A stretch of 64,000 bases of DNA from Candidatus Aenigmatarchaeota archaeon (GTDB taxonomy: Archaea; Aenigmatarchaeota; Aenigmatarchaeia; CG10238-14; SpSt-28). Made by a program: the position numbers and the translations under genes. The notes under the pieces are model-generated. The model ran no database searches and was not told where the DNA came from. It worked only from the letters and a program-made list of their open reading frames with translations. Positions 40,345-50,202 of the stretch are shown here, piece by piece (within the stretch, counting starts at the first letter, position 1; each line of letters begins with the position of its first letter). Location: assembly GCA_038733315.1 (NCBI GenBank), contig JAVYPJ010000002.1, forward strand, positions 13,943 to 77,942. Reading direction: 5' to 3'.

Positions 40345-41001
40345 TTATGCTGGTAATACTGTTACTGTTAATGTATATGTCTTTGGCTCTGTTGCTGGAT
40401 TCCAAACTACGTATAAATTATCTATTGTTAGTACTGAATTACTTGGTGTTAGCTTAAGACCTGTTATTATTAATTCTTTCGTGTATCTTGTAACTGTAAT
40501 TTGGCCAATGATTACTTGACTATTATTCCAGCTTACACAATTCTGATTTACACATACTCCAGTATTATTTACTTTGTAAGTAGTGTTACCTATAGTAACA
40601 CCATATTCTACTATTTCTTTAAGTAATTCTTCGAAATTATCTCCGAGAGTTAATTTAATAGTTAATGGAGCTTCATTGACAACCCTTCCTAAATATTCAA
40701 TCCTAACCTGATCAATTTTAGCATTATTATAATAAAATTCATTTGTTTTTCCTCCACCTACTCCTGTTGCTGTTAGAGTTATGTTTGGTGAACTTCCAGA
40801 ATTGTGACTTAGTGTTGCTATTAAATTATTGCTAGCATTATATAACTCAACTACTACTCCTTGACTTACCGTTATACTTGCTGCTGCTGACGCATAGTAT
40901 TCTAGAAGTCCTGCTATTGATAGTGCTGTTAGACCGAAGATTGCTAAGAAAACTGCTAGGGCCCTTATCATCGCTTTGTTTGCATTTATGCCCTTTTTCA
41001 T
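40345..41001 (-). CDS. secreted protein (putative major filament subunit)
   Basis: Signal peptide ending SIA, then GLLEYYASAAASITV; C-terminal YTLTVTVLP strand; start moved to ATG 41001. Confidence 0.65.
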   Translation of the reverse strand: MKKGINANKAMIRALAVFLAIFGLTALSIAGLLEYYASAAASITVSQGVVVELYNASNNLIATLSHNSGSSPNITLTATGVGGGKTNEFYYNNAKIDQVRIEYLGRVVNEAPLTIKLTLGDNFEELLKEIVEYGVTIGNTTYKVNNTGVCVNQNCVSWNNSQVIIGQITVTRYTKELIITGLKLTPSNSVLTIDNLYVVWNPATEPKTYTLTVTVLPA

Positions 41002-41082
41002 ACTTATATTAAGAAATAAAGTATTTAAAGCTTTCTTTAATGTGCATCCGAAGAAATTCACGAAAAAATTAAAAAAGCCTTT

Positions 41083-42534
41083 TTAGGCCAAAATTTTTGG
41101 GATTTCTTCAATTTTTACTCTAATTTGTTCCTTAGTATTTCTATTTCTAATTGTAACAGTATTATCTTGCAAAGTTTGATAATCTATAGTAATGCAATAA
41201 GGAATTCCAATTTCATCCGCTCTTGCATATAATTTTCCAATAGAATCACTCATATCAAAAACTACATCATCTTCAAAATATTTCTTCAAAAATTCATAAA
41301 CCTCTTTGGCTTTCTTAATAATTTCTTCCTTATTTCTAACTAATGGAAAAACAGCAATTAAATATGGAGCAATTTCTTTTGGAAAATCAAACCATAGCCA
41401 ATCTCTATCTTCTCTTAGCTTATCAAAAAATATTGCTAAAATTATTCTATCTATTCCAAAGGAAGGCTCAGCAACATGTGGAATAATACCATCAAAACTT
41501 AAATTTTCTTTACTATGTTTCATATGCGTAGAAATGTCGTAATCTGTTCTATATGCATTTCCAATAATTTCTTTCCAACCTATTTCATCAAAATAATATT
41601 CTAAATCAAAATTTCCAGCAGAATAAAATGCAGTTTCTTCTTCTAACAAATGTCTAAATCTTAGTTTTTCCTTAGGAAATTTTAAAATTTCTGTAAAGAA
41701 AATAAACTCCTTAGCCAAAAAGTATGCTTGCCATTTTGATTTTATTATTTGTTTTTCAACAAGTTCCTTAATAGAAATCCATTCTATTTTATCTTCTTTA
41801 TTTCTTTGCGCTTCTCTAGTAACTAATGGTATTTTTACATCAAAATATTTTTCTATAGGGCAATTTTCGTTTTTTGGATCAAAAAACATCTCAATCTCTG
41901 CTTGAGTAAAGCCTCTTAACCTAATTAAGAACTGTCTTGGAGAAATTTCATTTCTAAAAGAATATCCAACTTGTATTATTGCAAATGGCAATTTTTTTCT
42001 ATATGCTTTATAAATCCTTTTAAAACTTATAAAAATGTTTTGCGCAGTTTCTGGCCTTAAATAGGCTTCATAGGCGTCTAAGCTTCCGATAAAGGTTTTT
42101 AACATTAGATTAAATTCTTTTACATCTTCTAATTCGCCATTACATTCCAAACATTTAATATTATTATTTCTTATTATTTCGTTTAACTCCGAAATACTTT
42201 TTCCCTCAACAAAAATTCCTAAAACATCTTCGATTAAATTATCTGCTCTATATATTTTTTTACACTTTTTGCATCTCGTTATAGGATCGCTAAACCTCTC
42301 TAAATGACCACTCGCTTCTACAATTTTTCTCGGCAAAATCAAATTTCCTTCAATTTCCACAAAATTATCCTCTTTAAAAAACTTTTTCCAAATTTTAATC
42401 AGTTTTTGTTTTATTCTTAGTCCAATTTCTCCGTAATCATAGAATCCAGAAAGAGAACCATATATCTCTGCTGTTGGAAAAATTATACCTCTCTTAATGC
42501 ATAAATCATATATTTTCTCTAGCCTACTTTCCAT
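41083..42534 (-). CDS. glyS: glycyl-tRNA synthetase (alpha2 type)
   Basis: GFYDYG, ASGH, LRPETAQ, FRNEISPR, FTQAEIE, EPSFGIDR, YARADEIG. Confidence 0.96.
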   Translation of the reverse strand: MESRLEKIYDLCIKRGIIFPTAEIYGSLSGFYDYGEIGLRIKQKLIKIWKKFFKEDNFVEIEGNLILPRKIVEASGHLERFSDPITRCKKCKKIYRADNLIEDVLGIFVEGKSISELNEIIRNNNIKCLECNGELEDVKEFNLMLKTFIGSLDAYEAYLRPETAQNIFISFKRIYKAYRKKLPFAIIQVGYSFRNEISPRQFLIRLRGFTQAEIEMFFDPKNENCPIEKYFDVKIPLVTREAQRNKEDKIEWISIKELVEKQIIKSKWQAYFLAKEFIFFTEILKFPKEKLRFRHLLEEETAFYSAGNFDLEYYFDEIGWKEIIGNAYRTDYDISTHMKHSKENLSFDGIIPHVAEPSFGIDRIILAIFFDKLREDRDWLWFDFPKEIAPYLIAVFPLVRNKEEIIKKAKEVYEFLKKYFEDDVVFDMSDSIGKLYARADEIGIPYCITIDYQTLQDNTVTIRNRNTKEQIRVKIEEIPKILA

Positions 42535-42542
42535 GTAATATC

Positions 42543-43496
42543 TTATTCTATAATCTTAAAATTTTTTGCTTCTTCTGATAATTCCTCCATACTTTTAAGA
42601 ACGTTTCTAATCTCCTTTATATTAAGGAAATCCTCTAAATATACACTTTCCTTTTTTAAACTATCAATTTCACTACTAATTTTTGAGATTTTTTCCTCAA
42701 TCTCATTGACTTTTTTATTCATATTGTTTATAAATTCTGAAAGACTTTTTTCAATTAAAGAAATTTTCTGATTTAAACTTTCTTGACTATCTATTTTTTC
42801 CTTAAGGCTGTCTATTCTTTCATTTAAATCCTCAATTCTAGGCATTACTATATTTATTACAGCATCCTTAACAAAAGTATCGTTTTTTTCTAAGGTTTTG
42901 ACATTTTCGTTGATAATTTTTTCCATTTTTTCAATTCTGTTTTTTAGTGATTTTAGTTCTTCTGCAATATCTATAGTATGACTGTTTTTGATAATTTCGT
43001 TTAGAGTATTCTCTAATTTATTTATTTTACTCTTTACTTCAGGCATTTCCTCAAAAACTTTAACTTTTTCCTCAAAATCTTTAAATTTTTCAGAAATCAA
43101 ATCAATAGATTTCTTCAGGTCAGAAGAAAAACTTTCCAAATCAGCAACCTTACTCTTTACTTCAGGCATTTCCTCAAAAACTTTAACTTTTTCCTCAAAA
43201 TCTTTAAATTTTTCAGAAATCAAATCAATAGATTTTCTTAGATCTGAAAACTCTACTTGCTTTCCAATTCCTATATTTTGTTTTAGGTTAACAATTTCTA
43301 GAACGATAACATTTATCGAATCCTCTAAATTTTCTAATTTTTCTTCGATTGACTTCAGATTTTCCAACCTTTTCTCAATTTCTATTAACTCTTTCTTAGC
43401 AACGTTTATATCTTCAAACAATTCTTTGGGAACGTTTTTAATAAAAGAAGCAAGTTTTTCGTAATCTATTTCTCTATATTTCTTCTCTACATCCAT
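42543..43496 (-). CDS. coiled-coil protein with internal tandem duplication
   Basis: Heptad-rich E/K/L/I sequence; 41-aa repeat. Confidence 0.7.
   Translation of the reverse strand: MDVEKKYREIDYEKLASFIKNVPKELFEDINVAKKELIEIEKRLENLKSIEEKLENLEDSINVIVLEIVNLKQNIGIGKQVEFSDLRKSIDLISEKFKDFEEKVKVFEEMPEVKSKVADLESFSSDLKKSIDLISEKFKDFEEKVKVFEEMPEVKSKINKLENTLNEIIKNSHTIDIAEELKSLKNRIEKMEKIINENVKTLEKNDTFVKDAVINIVMPRIEDLNERIDSLKEKIDSQESLNQKISLIEKSLSEFINNMNKKVNEIEEKISKISSEIDSLKKESVYLEDFLNIKEIRNVLKSMEELSEEAKNFKIIE
43027..43235. repeat. direct repeat, 86 bp identical, 123-bp period
   Basis: 43027-43112 equals 43150-43235 by direct reading. Confidence 0.9.
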
Positions 43497-43529
43497 AAAA
43501 TTATCTCTTTTAAATTAACTTAATAATAT

Positions 43530-44276
43530 ATGAGAAGGTTCGGAGCTCCGAAAAAAAATGAATTGGTAATATGTATTCCTAAGGACATTTCACCTTTTTC
43601 TATAACTTGTAGCATATTAGAATATTCAGAATTTACGGGAATTATCAATATTAATGAAGTTTATACAAGGTGGATTGAAGATATTAGAGAATACGTAAAA
43701 ATAGGTAAAACTTATATAGCAAAGGTTTTAGATGTAGATGAAGCTAAAAAAATAGCAATTTTAAGCCTAAAAAGAGTTAAAAAAGATGAAGAAGAAAAAA
43801 AGAAAGAGGAGCTAAGGTTAGAAAAAAAATACGAAAAAATCTTAGAATTAGCGGCAAAAAAACTTGGAAAAACCTTAGAAGATGCGTATAAAGAGTTTGG
43901 ATATAAAATATTAGAGAATTTTGAAACTCTATACAATTTTTTTATTAACCATAGGGATAAATTAAGCGAATATATTCCAAAAGAGTGGTTAGAGATAATG
44001 CAAGATTTCCTAGATAAAAAAGAGGAGAAAAACTACGAAATAACCTACATTATAAAAATTTCTACTTTTCAAAAAGAAGGAGTAAATAAAATCAAAGAAT
44101 TCTTTTCTCAATTCGAAAAAAATGGTATAAAAATAACTTATTTAGGTGCTGGTAAATTCTTAGCTAAGAAAAATTCTAAAAACCCGAAAAAAGATGAAAA
44201 AATGATGTTAAATTTAATAGAAAGTGGAAAAGAAATTTTTGAAGTTTATGAATATAAAAAGCGTGAAAAGAATTAA
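43530..44276 (+). CDS. eif2a: translation initiation factor aIF2 alpha
   Basis: S1 domain (LEY...G.ININEV..RWI.DIREYVK, LSLKRV); synteny with nop10 and PAC2. Confidence 0.88.
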   Translation: MRRFGAPKKNELVICIPKDISPFSITCSILEYSEFTGIININEVYTRWIEDIREYVKIGKTYIAKVLDVDEAKKIAILSLKRVKKDEEEKKKEELRLEKKYEKILELAAKKLGKTLEDAYKEFGYKILENFETLYNFFINHRDKLSEYIPKEWLEIMQDFLDKKEEKNYEITYIIKISTFQKEGVNKIKEFFSQFEKNGIKITYLGAGKFLAKKNSKNPKKDEKMMLNLIESGKEIFEVYEYKKREKN

Positions 44277-44439
44277 AAAGTGTATCTCTTGCAAATTATA
44301 TACTATGAAAGACGTTTGCCCTAGATGCAAATCTCAAACAAAAACAGCGCATCCACCAAAATTTAAGTTTGCCAAGTATTTAAAATATTTTAGCGAGAAA
44401 GATATTTATGACAGTAATCAAAAACCTAAAGAAGATTAA
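44248..44439 (+). CDS. nop10: H/ACA RNP protein Nop10
   Basis: KKCISCKLYTMKDVCPRC...AHPPKF. Confidence 0.9.
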   Translation: MNIKSVKRIKKCISCKLYTMKDVCPRCKSQTKTAHPPKFKFAKYLKYFSEKDIYDSNQKPKED

Positions 44440-45172
44440 AGTAAAGAATGGAATTTTCTTAGAAGGAATGCCCGGCGTTGGTAACGTTGGGCTAATCGCA
44501 GCTAGTTATATAGTAGAGCAAATAGGAGCTATTCCTTTCGCTGAACTTCATAGCGAATATTTTGGACATGCTGTTCTAATAAGACCAAATGCTGAAATTC
44601 AGCTACTTAAGGGAGTTTTTTATTATTCTAAACCCAATAAAAAAGATATTATAATTTATATAGGGGATCAGCAAGCGATTTCACCAGAAAAAACATTTAT
44701 TTTAGTAAATAAAATCCTATCTTTTCTAAAAAGCATTGGAGTAAAATTAGTAATAACACTTGGTGGAGTTCAAAAGAACTATCCTATTAAGCAAAGAAAA
44801 GTTTACGGTGCTGTAAGTGAAGAAAAGGTTAAAGAAAAGTTCAAAGATTTGGGAATAGATTTTGAAAACGTTAGTAAAGATGTCGGTAGCATTATAGGTG
44901 CTGTTGGAATGCTTACTGGATATGCTAAATACTATGGAATGGAAAGTTTATGTTTATTAGCAGAGAGCTTTAGCTCACCCTTTGTACCGGACCATAAGGG
45001 AGCAAAAGCTATTCTAGAGATTTTGGAAAAGATTTTAGAACTAAAGATAGATTATTCTAGAATAAATAAAAAAATAAAAGAGCAAGAAGCTTTAGAAGAG
45101 AGGTTAACTAAGGTTCCAACGCCACAACCAAAAGAAGAGATAGATGAAAAGAGGCTAACATATTTGGGCTAA
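44408..45172 (+). CDS. PAC2 family proteasome assembly chaperone
   Basis: EGMPGVGNVG, ITLGG, IIGAVG, PDHKGAKAILE, LTYLG end. Confidence 0.9.
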   Translation: MTVIKNLKKIKVKNGIFLEGMPGVGNVGLIAASYIVEQIGAIPFAELHSEYFGHAVLIRPNAEIQLLKGVFYYSKPNKKDIIIYIGDQQAISPEKTFILVNKILSFLKSIGVKLVITLGGVQKNYPIKQRKVYGAVSEEKVKEKFKDLGIDFENVSKDVGSIIGAVGMLTGYAKYYGMESLCLLAESFSSPFVPDHKGAKAILEILEKILELKIDYSRINKKIKEQEALEERLTKVPTPQPKEEIDEKRLTYLG

Positions 45173-45173
45173 A

Positions 45174-45226
45174 TCAGTACTTGAGTGAGTTATCATTTAG
45201 TCAAATGATTAGATACTCATCATCAT
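45174..45226 (-). ncRNA. C/D box sRNA (predicted) #1
   Basis: Minus strand ATGATGA-TGAGTATCTAATCAT-TTGA-CTAA-ATGATAA-CTCACTCAAGTA-CTGA (C, D', C', D). Confidence 0.75.
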
Positions 45227-45244
45227 AAATATTTTTTGGCCCTC

Positions 45245-45293
45245 TCAGTACTTAAGGATTATTTCATTTTTCGTTCTGCCCATCATACATCAT
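45245..45293 (-). ncRNA. C/D box sRNA (predicted) #2
   Basis: Minus strand ATGATGT-ATGATGGGCAGA-ACGA-AAA-ATGAAAT-AATCCTTAAGTA-CTGA with a CTC/GAG terminal stem. Confidence 0.62.
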
Positions 45294-45363
45294 AGAGTTT
45301 AGCGCAGTTTTTCTTATAATTATAGTTTAACGATAGATAATAAAAATAAGATTTATTTTTATT

Positions 45364-48300
45364 ATGGCAGTGCAAAGGAATATAGTTAAATATCTCTTTT
45401 TTTTACTATTATTTTTTTCAGTTTTAAATTTAGAAACTTCAAGCTCAGCGTATTTGATTTCTAAGAATAAATTGGACGAAATATTAAATAGCAATTGCTT
45501 TTTGTTCGATGTTTACTCAGAATTAAAAATAAAATGCTACTTTGATTTGATTTGTTCAGTAGAAGAACCAATAAAAGGATTTGAAAATTATTTTCTTAAG
45601 GACGAAAAAATTTTTAGGCTTCTTAGATTAGATGGGTTAAGAATTATAGATGCCTATAATGCTTGGAATAGTGGATTGGACTTTTATTTATTTGGAGATA
45701 GTTCTAAGGTTGGAATTATAGATAGTGGAATAGATATAAATCATAAAGACTTTGATTTATCTAAGTATAAATGTTTTTACTCAATTAATGGAGAGGTCAA
45801 AGAAAACATATGGAGTTATTGTAACGATTCAGATGGTCATGGAACTCATGTTGCCGGAATAGTCGCTGGTAAATACGATAAGAATATTAGTAAATGTCTC
45901 AGTAATTATCCATGTGGAGTAGCTCCAAACGCAACACTATTCATTGCAAGAGTTTTTAGCGGTCCTACAGCAAATCTTTTGGATATTTTAAATGCATTAG
46001 ATTGGATAGTTAAAAATAACGTAAGTATTGTTTCGATGAGTTTTGGAGCAGATTTGTCAATGTTAAGATTAAACTCTTGTTATCCGCTCGGAAATTCTTC
46101 TGAAGAGGTTACTATCCTTTTATTTAGTACGTTAATGGATTTTTTAGCTATTAAAAATAACTTAATTTTAATAGCCGCAGCCGGAAATAATCCAAATTCT
46201 ATCTCAACTCCTGCATGTGCTAAAAGCGTAATAGCTGTTGGAGCAATAGATAAAAATAGGAATTTAGCCTTTTTCAGTTCTAGAGGTCCTATAGATAATA
46301 GAACAAAGCCAGATATAGTAGCGCCAGGAGTTTCAATAAATTCAACATATCCACAAAATACGTATTCAATAGCTAGCGGAACTTCTATGGCTACTCCTTT
46401 TGTAAGCGGTGCAATTGCTCTTTTATTAGATATGTTCAATAAAGAAAATACTACTGTAACATCTCAAGAGATTAAAGCTATATTGTTAACCTCTGCTAAC
46501 GAACCCACTAGAAACAATACTTTTGGAAGCGGAATTTTAAACGTTAGCGAAATGATAAGAATAAGAAATAATTTTTTAACCATAGATGTTGAAGATGGAG
46601 AAGTATTAAGATTTAAGGTCAATAAAACAGATAGTTATCCGTTTAAGTTTACTATTTATAGGCATGAAACTTTTTTAGATTCTACAAAATATAAAGTCAA
46701 AATAATTAAAGATGGAGCTATAATTTTCGAGGGAGAATCAATTTTTGATAACGTATTTCAATACAAAAACGATACTTTAAATGGAGATTTCGAAATAGAA
46801 GTAAAAATAAACCATAATAGTACAATGGTTGATAATAAATTTACATTTGCCTTTTCTCATAGAATCCAAAACCTATCAAAATTCTTAGAAGAAAATTTAA
46901 ACAATTCTATTCAGCCAATGCTTAACGTAACAATAGACCCTTCAATAGAATTTGGGCTAAACCCAATTAATAGAAGAATTGGAATTTTTATTAGCGATTT
47001 TGCTGGAATGCCAATTGCAGCAGATATAATTAATGTTTCTATAGTAAATTCTTCCGGAAGTATAATACACTCTTCTTTACATTTCAATAAAAGTTCTATA
47101 TATCTAGAAATTCCTTCTGACTTAACAGAGTTTAATTATACTTTATATGTTGTTGCTGAAAATGGGAAAAGATTTGGTGTAGTTTCTAAAAATTTTACAT
47201 ATACACCTTTCTACCTAATTTCTCCTAATAAAATTTTGAAACTAATGAATGGTGACTTGTTAAATATAACAATTAAGTTTGATGATAGCATTAATAACAT
47301 AAATGAAGCGTTTTTATACTTAGAAGGAAATAAAGACGAAAAACTTGATATAAGCTTTTCTTTTAATGATAATATAGCTTATAATATTACTAACATTAAT
47401 CTAAACCAAAAAGGAAAATATTTCTTATTTTTAAATGTCTCCCTTGATGGAAATCCTATAGAATTCGAAATACCAATACTCGAATTTTCCCCCATATTTG
47501 ATTATGAAATTTCTTATCCAAGATACATGTTTGCCGATAAAGAATACACTATTAATATAGACATATTTCACATTAATGGCTCTAGAGTTAACATAGAAAA
47601 AACAATATGCATAGAAAATGATACAAATAAAATATTTTGCAATTCTTCGCTTAGTAACAATATAAAGATGTTTACTAATATATCGGTTAGCGGAGATTAT
47701 AACCTTAATATAAGTGCTATAGATAACAATGGAAACTTTCTTAATGAAAAAATTCCAATAACAATAAATTTTATTCCAGATAGGATTATTATTAATAAAC
47801 AAAAGGAAAAATTCACAATTTTAGAACCTCTAGATGTTAGCGCAGAAATTATAAATTCTACAAAGAATTCTCAATGCAGTTTTTGCACAGTTTTTGTTAA
47901 CATGACAAAAGATGGAAAAATAATATTCTCTAGAAAGAGTTTTGAAGATTTTAAAAACTTTGTTATTCCTAAGGATTTCGAAAGCGGAAAATATAAACTT
48001 ACTTTTTTTGCACAAATAAACTCTACAATTTTAAACGAAACAGAAATTGAGATAGAAACTTTGGAAATATTAACAAACGTTTCTGAAAAAGTCTTTCCAA
48101 ACTATTATGATGTTTACATAAACATTTCTGTAAATACTACTTCTAACGTTAGTATAAGTATTTCAAGAATTAATATTAGTGAAGAAAGTATTCAACTAAA
48201 TCCAAGTAGCGATATAGAAACTATTTCTGGATGCGAAAATAAGAGCATAGATGAAACTAATAAAATTCTATGGTGCAATTCTACAAGCGATATAATACTA

Positions 48301-50202
48301 AAAATAAATTCAAGCGAAACATCTACTTTTTTCATAGAGATAATAGCTTATGGGGATAATATAAATGGTTATCTTCTCGATAAATTTTATTCCGGCTTTT
48401 TGATAAGGCCTCATATAAACTCTAAAAAGAAGAGTTGTGATGAAATATCCTTAGAGGATACTTTGATTAATCCATACATAAAAAACAATTGTTTTGTAGA
48501 CTCTAGAAATCAAAGAGATATGTCTATAAATAGAAACGAAAGAGTACTATTTTCAGCTATTGCATATGCGGGGGCAACTCTAGATAAAATAATCTCAACA
48601 AATGTAACTATTAACGTTACTTATAACGGAATAACAAAATATTTAAATTCATCAAGTTTCGAAGATTTAATATTTTTTAATATAAGCAACTTTACGGATT
48701 TAGGAAAGTATGCTATAAATCTTACATATGTTTTTAAAGACAATGAAATAGAGATTTCTAAACAAGAGCTTTATGAAATAAACGTTTATGATATAAACTA
48801 TTCAATTACTATTCCAAAAAATTATACAAAAATATTTGGAATTTTATCTTTTATTAGTCAAATAAACAGGACAAATGGAATATCGGAGGAAAAAATAAGA
48901 AATATAACTCGTATAAGCCCAGAAACACCAAGTGTTAAAATAGCAAGTTATAATCTTAACACAACATCCTCTGAATTAATCTTTAATGTAACTTTTGAAA
49001 AATCTTTTAATGGAGATGTAAAAATTAAAGTAGAGGATGAGCTAGGTATCGAAAAGGATATTATCATCAAAAATATTACAGCATACGATTTAGACCTATC
49101 TGTTTCATATTTAGATACAATATTTAAAGGTTCATCATTCCAAGTATCAGCATCTTCTAAGTTATTGCCTTTTGAAATTCCGATAGCTGCGAATTATTCT
49201 ATACAATATAGCGGAGGATGTGAATTACTTACATCTAAAATTTTATTAAATAGAGAAAAAGCTCTGTTTTTGTTTAATGCTACAGAAATAGGTAGTTGTG
49301 AAATAAGTATTTATGCCAATGCGACATATTTAGATTTATTTTTTGAAAAAAGCATATCTTTATCATCTATAACAATATTGCCAAGCCAAAAAACTGGAGG
49401 AGATTCTATTCCACCAACGCAAAAGGCTAGCTTAATTGTTAGGAAGAGCTCAGATAGCATTATAATTGGAGAAAGGGGGTGGAATACTACTATTGTTTTT
49501 GTAAAATCGATAGGGAGGGATCAAACAGTTTGGGCAGAGGTTTTGAACTATCCAAAAAATCTTGTAAAAATAATTCCGGAAAGTAAATTAATAAAAGATG
49601 GTGATGAAGAACCGTTTATTTTTAACATTTCGATTTCTCCAAATGAAAATAGGAGCGAGTTTGAAATAGAGCTGCAATTTAATAGTGCATATGCTAAGAA
49701 TCAAACAAAAATAAAACTCATAGTTTTAAAGAAGGCTAAGGAAGAGGATAAAACATTAGAAAAAGAAATAAGCGATTTAGAGAGTGAAGTAGCAAAATTA
49801 GAAAGTGAAGCATCTAAATTAAATAGAGAAGATCTTTTAGAAAAACTATTGAATGCAAGAAGGTTAATTAGCGATGCTAGGGAAGAACTTAATAAAGGAA
49901 ATATAGATTCGGCACTATCTAAATTAGGGGAAGTAAGAAATATAATAAATTCTGTAAAAGACGAGTTAGCTGCTAAAGAGGCAGAGAAAAAAACAGGCGG
50001 CTGGAATTTTATAATTGTGCTATTAATAATAGGTATATTAGTAGTTGTTGGCGCGGTTTCAATTATTTTTATATATCCTAAAATAAAGTTAGGACAAATA
50101 TCTAAGCCATATTACGATGCAAAGAGAAAAAAATTTGTGTGGACTAGTGAAGATGAAACAGTTTGGGAAAGGCTTAAAGAAAAATGGAGAAAAAGACAAT
50201 AG
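45364..50202 (+). CDS. large membrane-anchored S8 subtilisin-like protease
   Basis: Signal peptide; catalytic triad IIDSGID, GHGTHVAG, GTSMATP; AAAGN; long beta-rich stalk, coiled coil, C-terminal TM. Confidence 0.9.
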   Translation: MAVQRNIVKYLFFLLLFFSVLNLETSSSAYLISKNKLDEILNSNCFLFDVYSELKIKCYFDLICSVEEPIKGFENYFLKDEKIFRLLRLDGLRIIDAYNAWNSGLDFYLFGDSSKVGIIDSGIDINHKDFDLSKYKCFYSINGEVKENIWSYCNDSDGHGTHVAGIVAGKYDKNISKCLSNYPCGVAPNATLFIARVFSGPTANLLDILNALDWIVKNNVSIVSMSFGADLSMLRLNSCYPLGNSSEEVTILLFSTLMDFLAIKNNLILIAAAGNNPNSISTPACAKSVIAVGAIDKNRNLAFFSSRGPIDNRTKPDIVAPGVSINSTYPQNTYSIASGTSMATPFVSGAIALLLDMFNKENTTVTSQEIKAILLTSANEPTRNNTFGSGILNVSEMIRIRNNFLTIDVEDGEVLRFKVNKTDSYPFKFTIYRHETFLDSTKYKVKIIKDGAIIFEGESIFDNVFQYKNDTLNGDFEIEVKINHNSTMVDNKFTFAFSHRIQNLSKFLEENLNNSIQPMLNVTIDPSIEFGLNPINRRIGIFISDFAGMPIAADIINVSIVNSSGSIIHSSLHFNKSSIYLEIPSDLTEFNYTLYVVAENGKRFGVVSKNFTYTPFYLISPNKILKLMNGDLLNITIKFDDSINNINEAFLYLEGNKDEKLDISFSFNDNIAYNITNINLNQKGKYFLFLNVSLDGNPIEFEIPILEFSPIFDYEISYPRYMFADKEYTINIDIFHINGSRVNIEKTICIENDTNKIFCNSSLSNNIKMFTNISVSGDYNLNISAIDNNGNFLNEKIPITINFIPDRIIINKQKEKFTILEPLDVSAEIINSTKNSQCSFCTVFVNMTKDGKIIFSRKSFEDFKNFVIPKDFESGKYKLTFFAQINSTILNETEIEIETLEILTNVSEKVFPNYYDVYINISVNTTSNVSISISRINISEESIQLNPSSDIETISGCENKSIDETNKILWCNSTSDIILKINSSETSTFFIEIIAYGDNINGYLLDKFYSGFLIRPHINSKKKSCDEISLEDTLINPYIKNNCFVDSRNQRDMSINRNERVLFSAIAYAGATLDKIISTNVTINVTYNGITKYLNSSSFEDLIFFNISNFTDLGKYAINLTYVFKDNEIEISKQELYEINVYDINYSITIPKNYTKIFGILSFISQINRTNGISEEKIRNITRISPETPSVKIASYNLNTTSSELIFNVTFEKSFNGDVKIKVEDELGIEKDIIIKNITAYDLDLSVSYLDTIFKGSSFQVSASSKLLPFEIPIAANYSIQYSGGCELLTSKILLNREKALFLFNATEIGSCEISIYANATYLDLFFEKSISLSSITILPSQKTGGDSIPPTQKASLIVRKSSDSIIIGERGWNTTIVFVKSIGRDQTVWAEVLNYPKNLVKIIPESKLIKDGDEEPFIFNISISPNENRSEFEIELQFNSAYAKNQTKIKLIVLKKAKEEDKTLEKEISDLESEVAKLESEASKLNREDLLEKLLNARRLISDAREELNKGNIDSALSKLGEVRNIINSVKDELAAKEAEKKTGGWNFIIVLLIIGILVVVGAVSIIFIYPKIKLGQISKPYYDAKRKKFVWTSEDETVWERLKEKWRKRQ

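Noticed and set aside
42988-43464. 158-aa ORF with repeats
   Set aside because: Antisense shadow of the coiled-coil gene.
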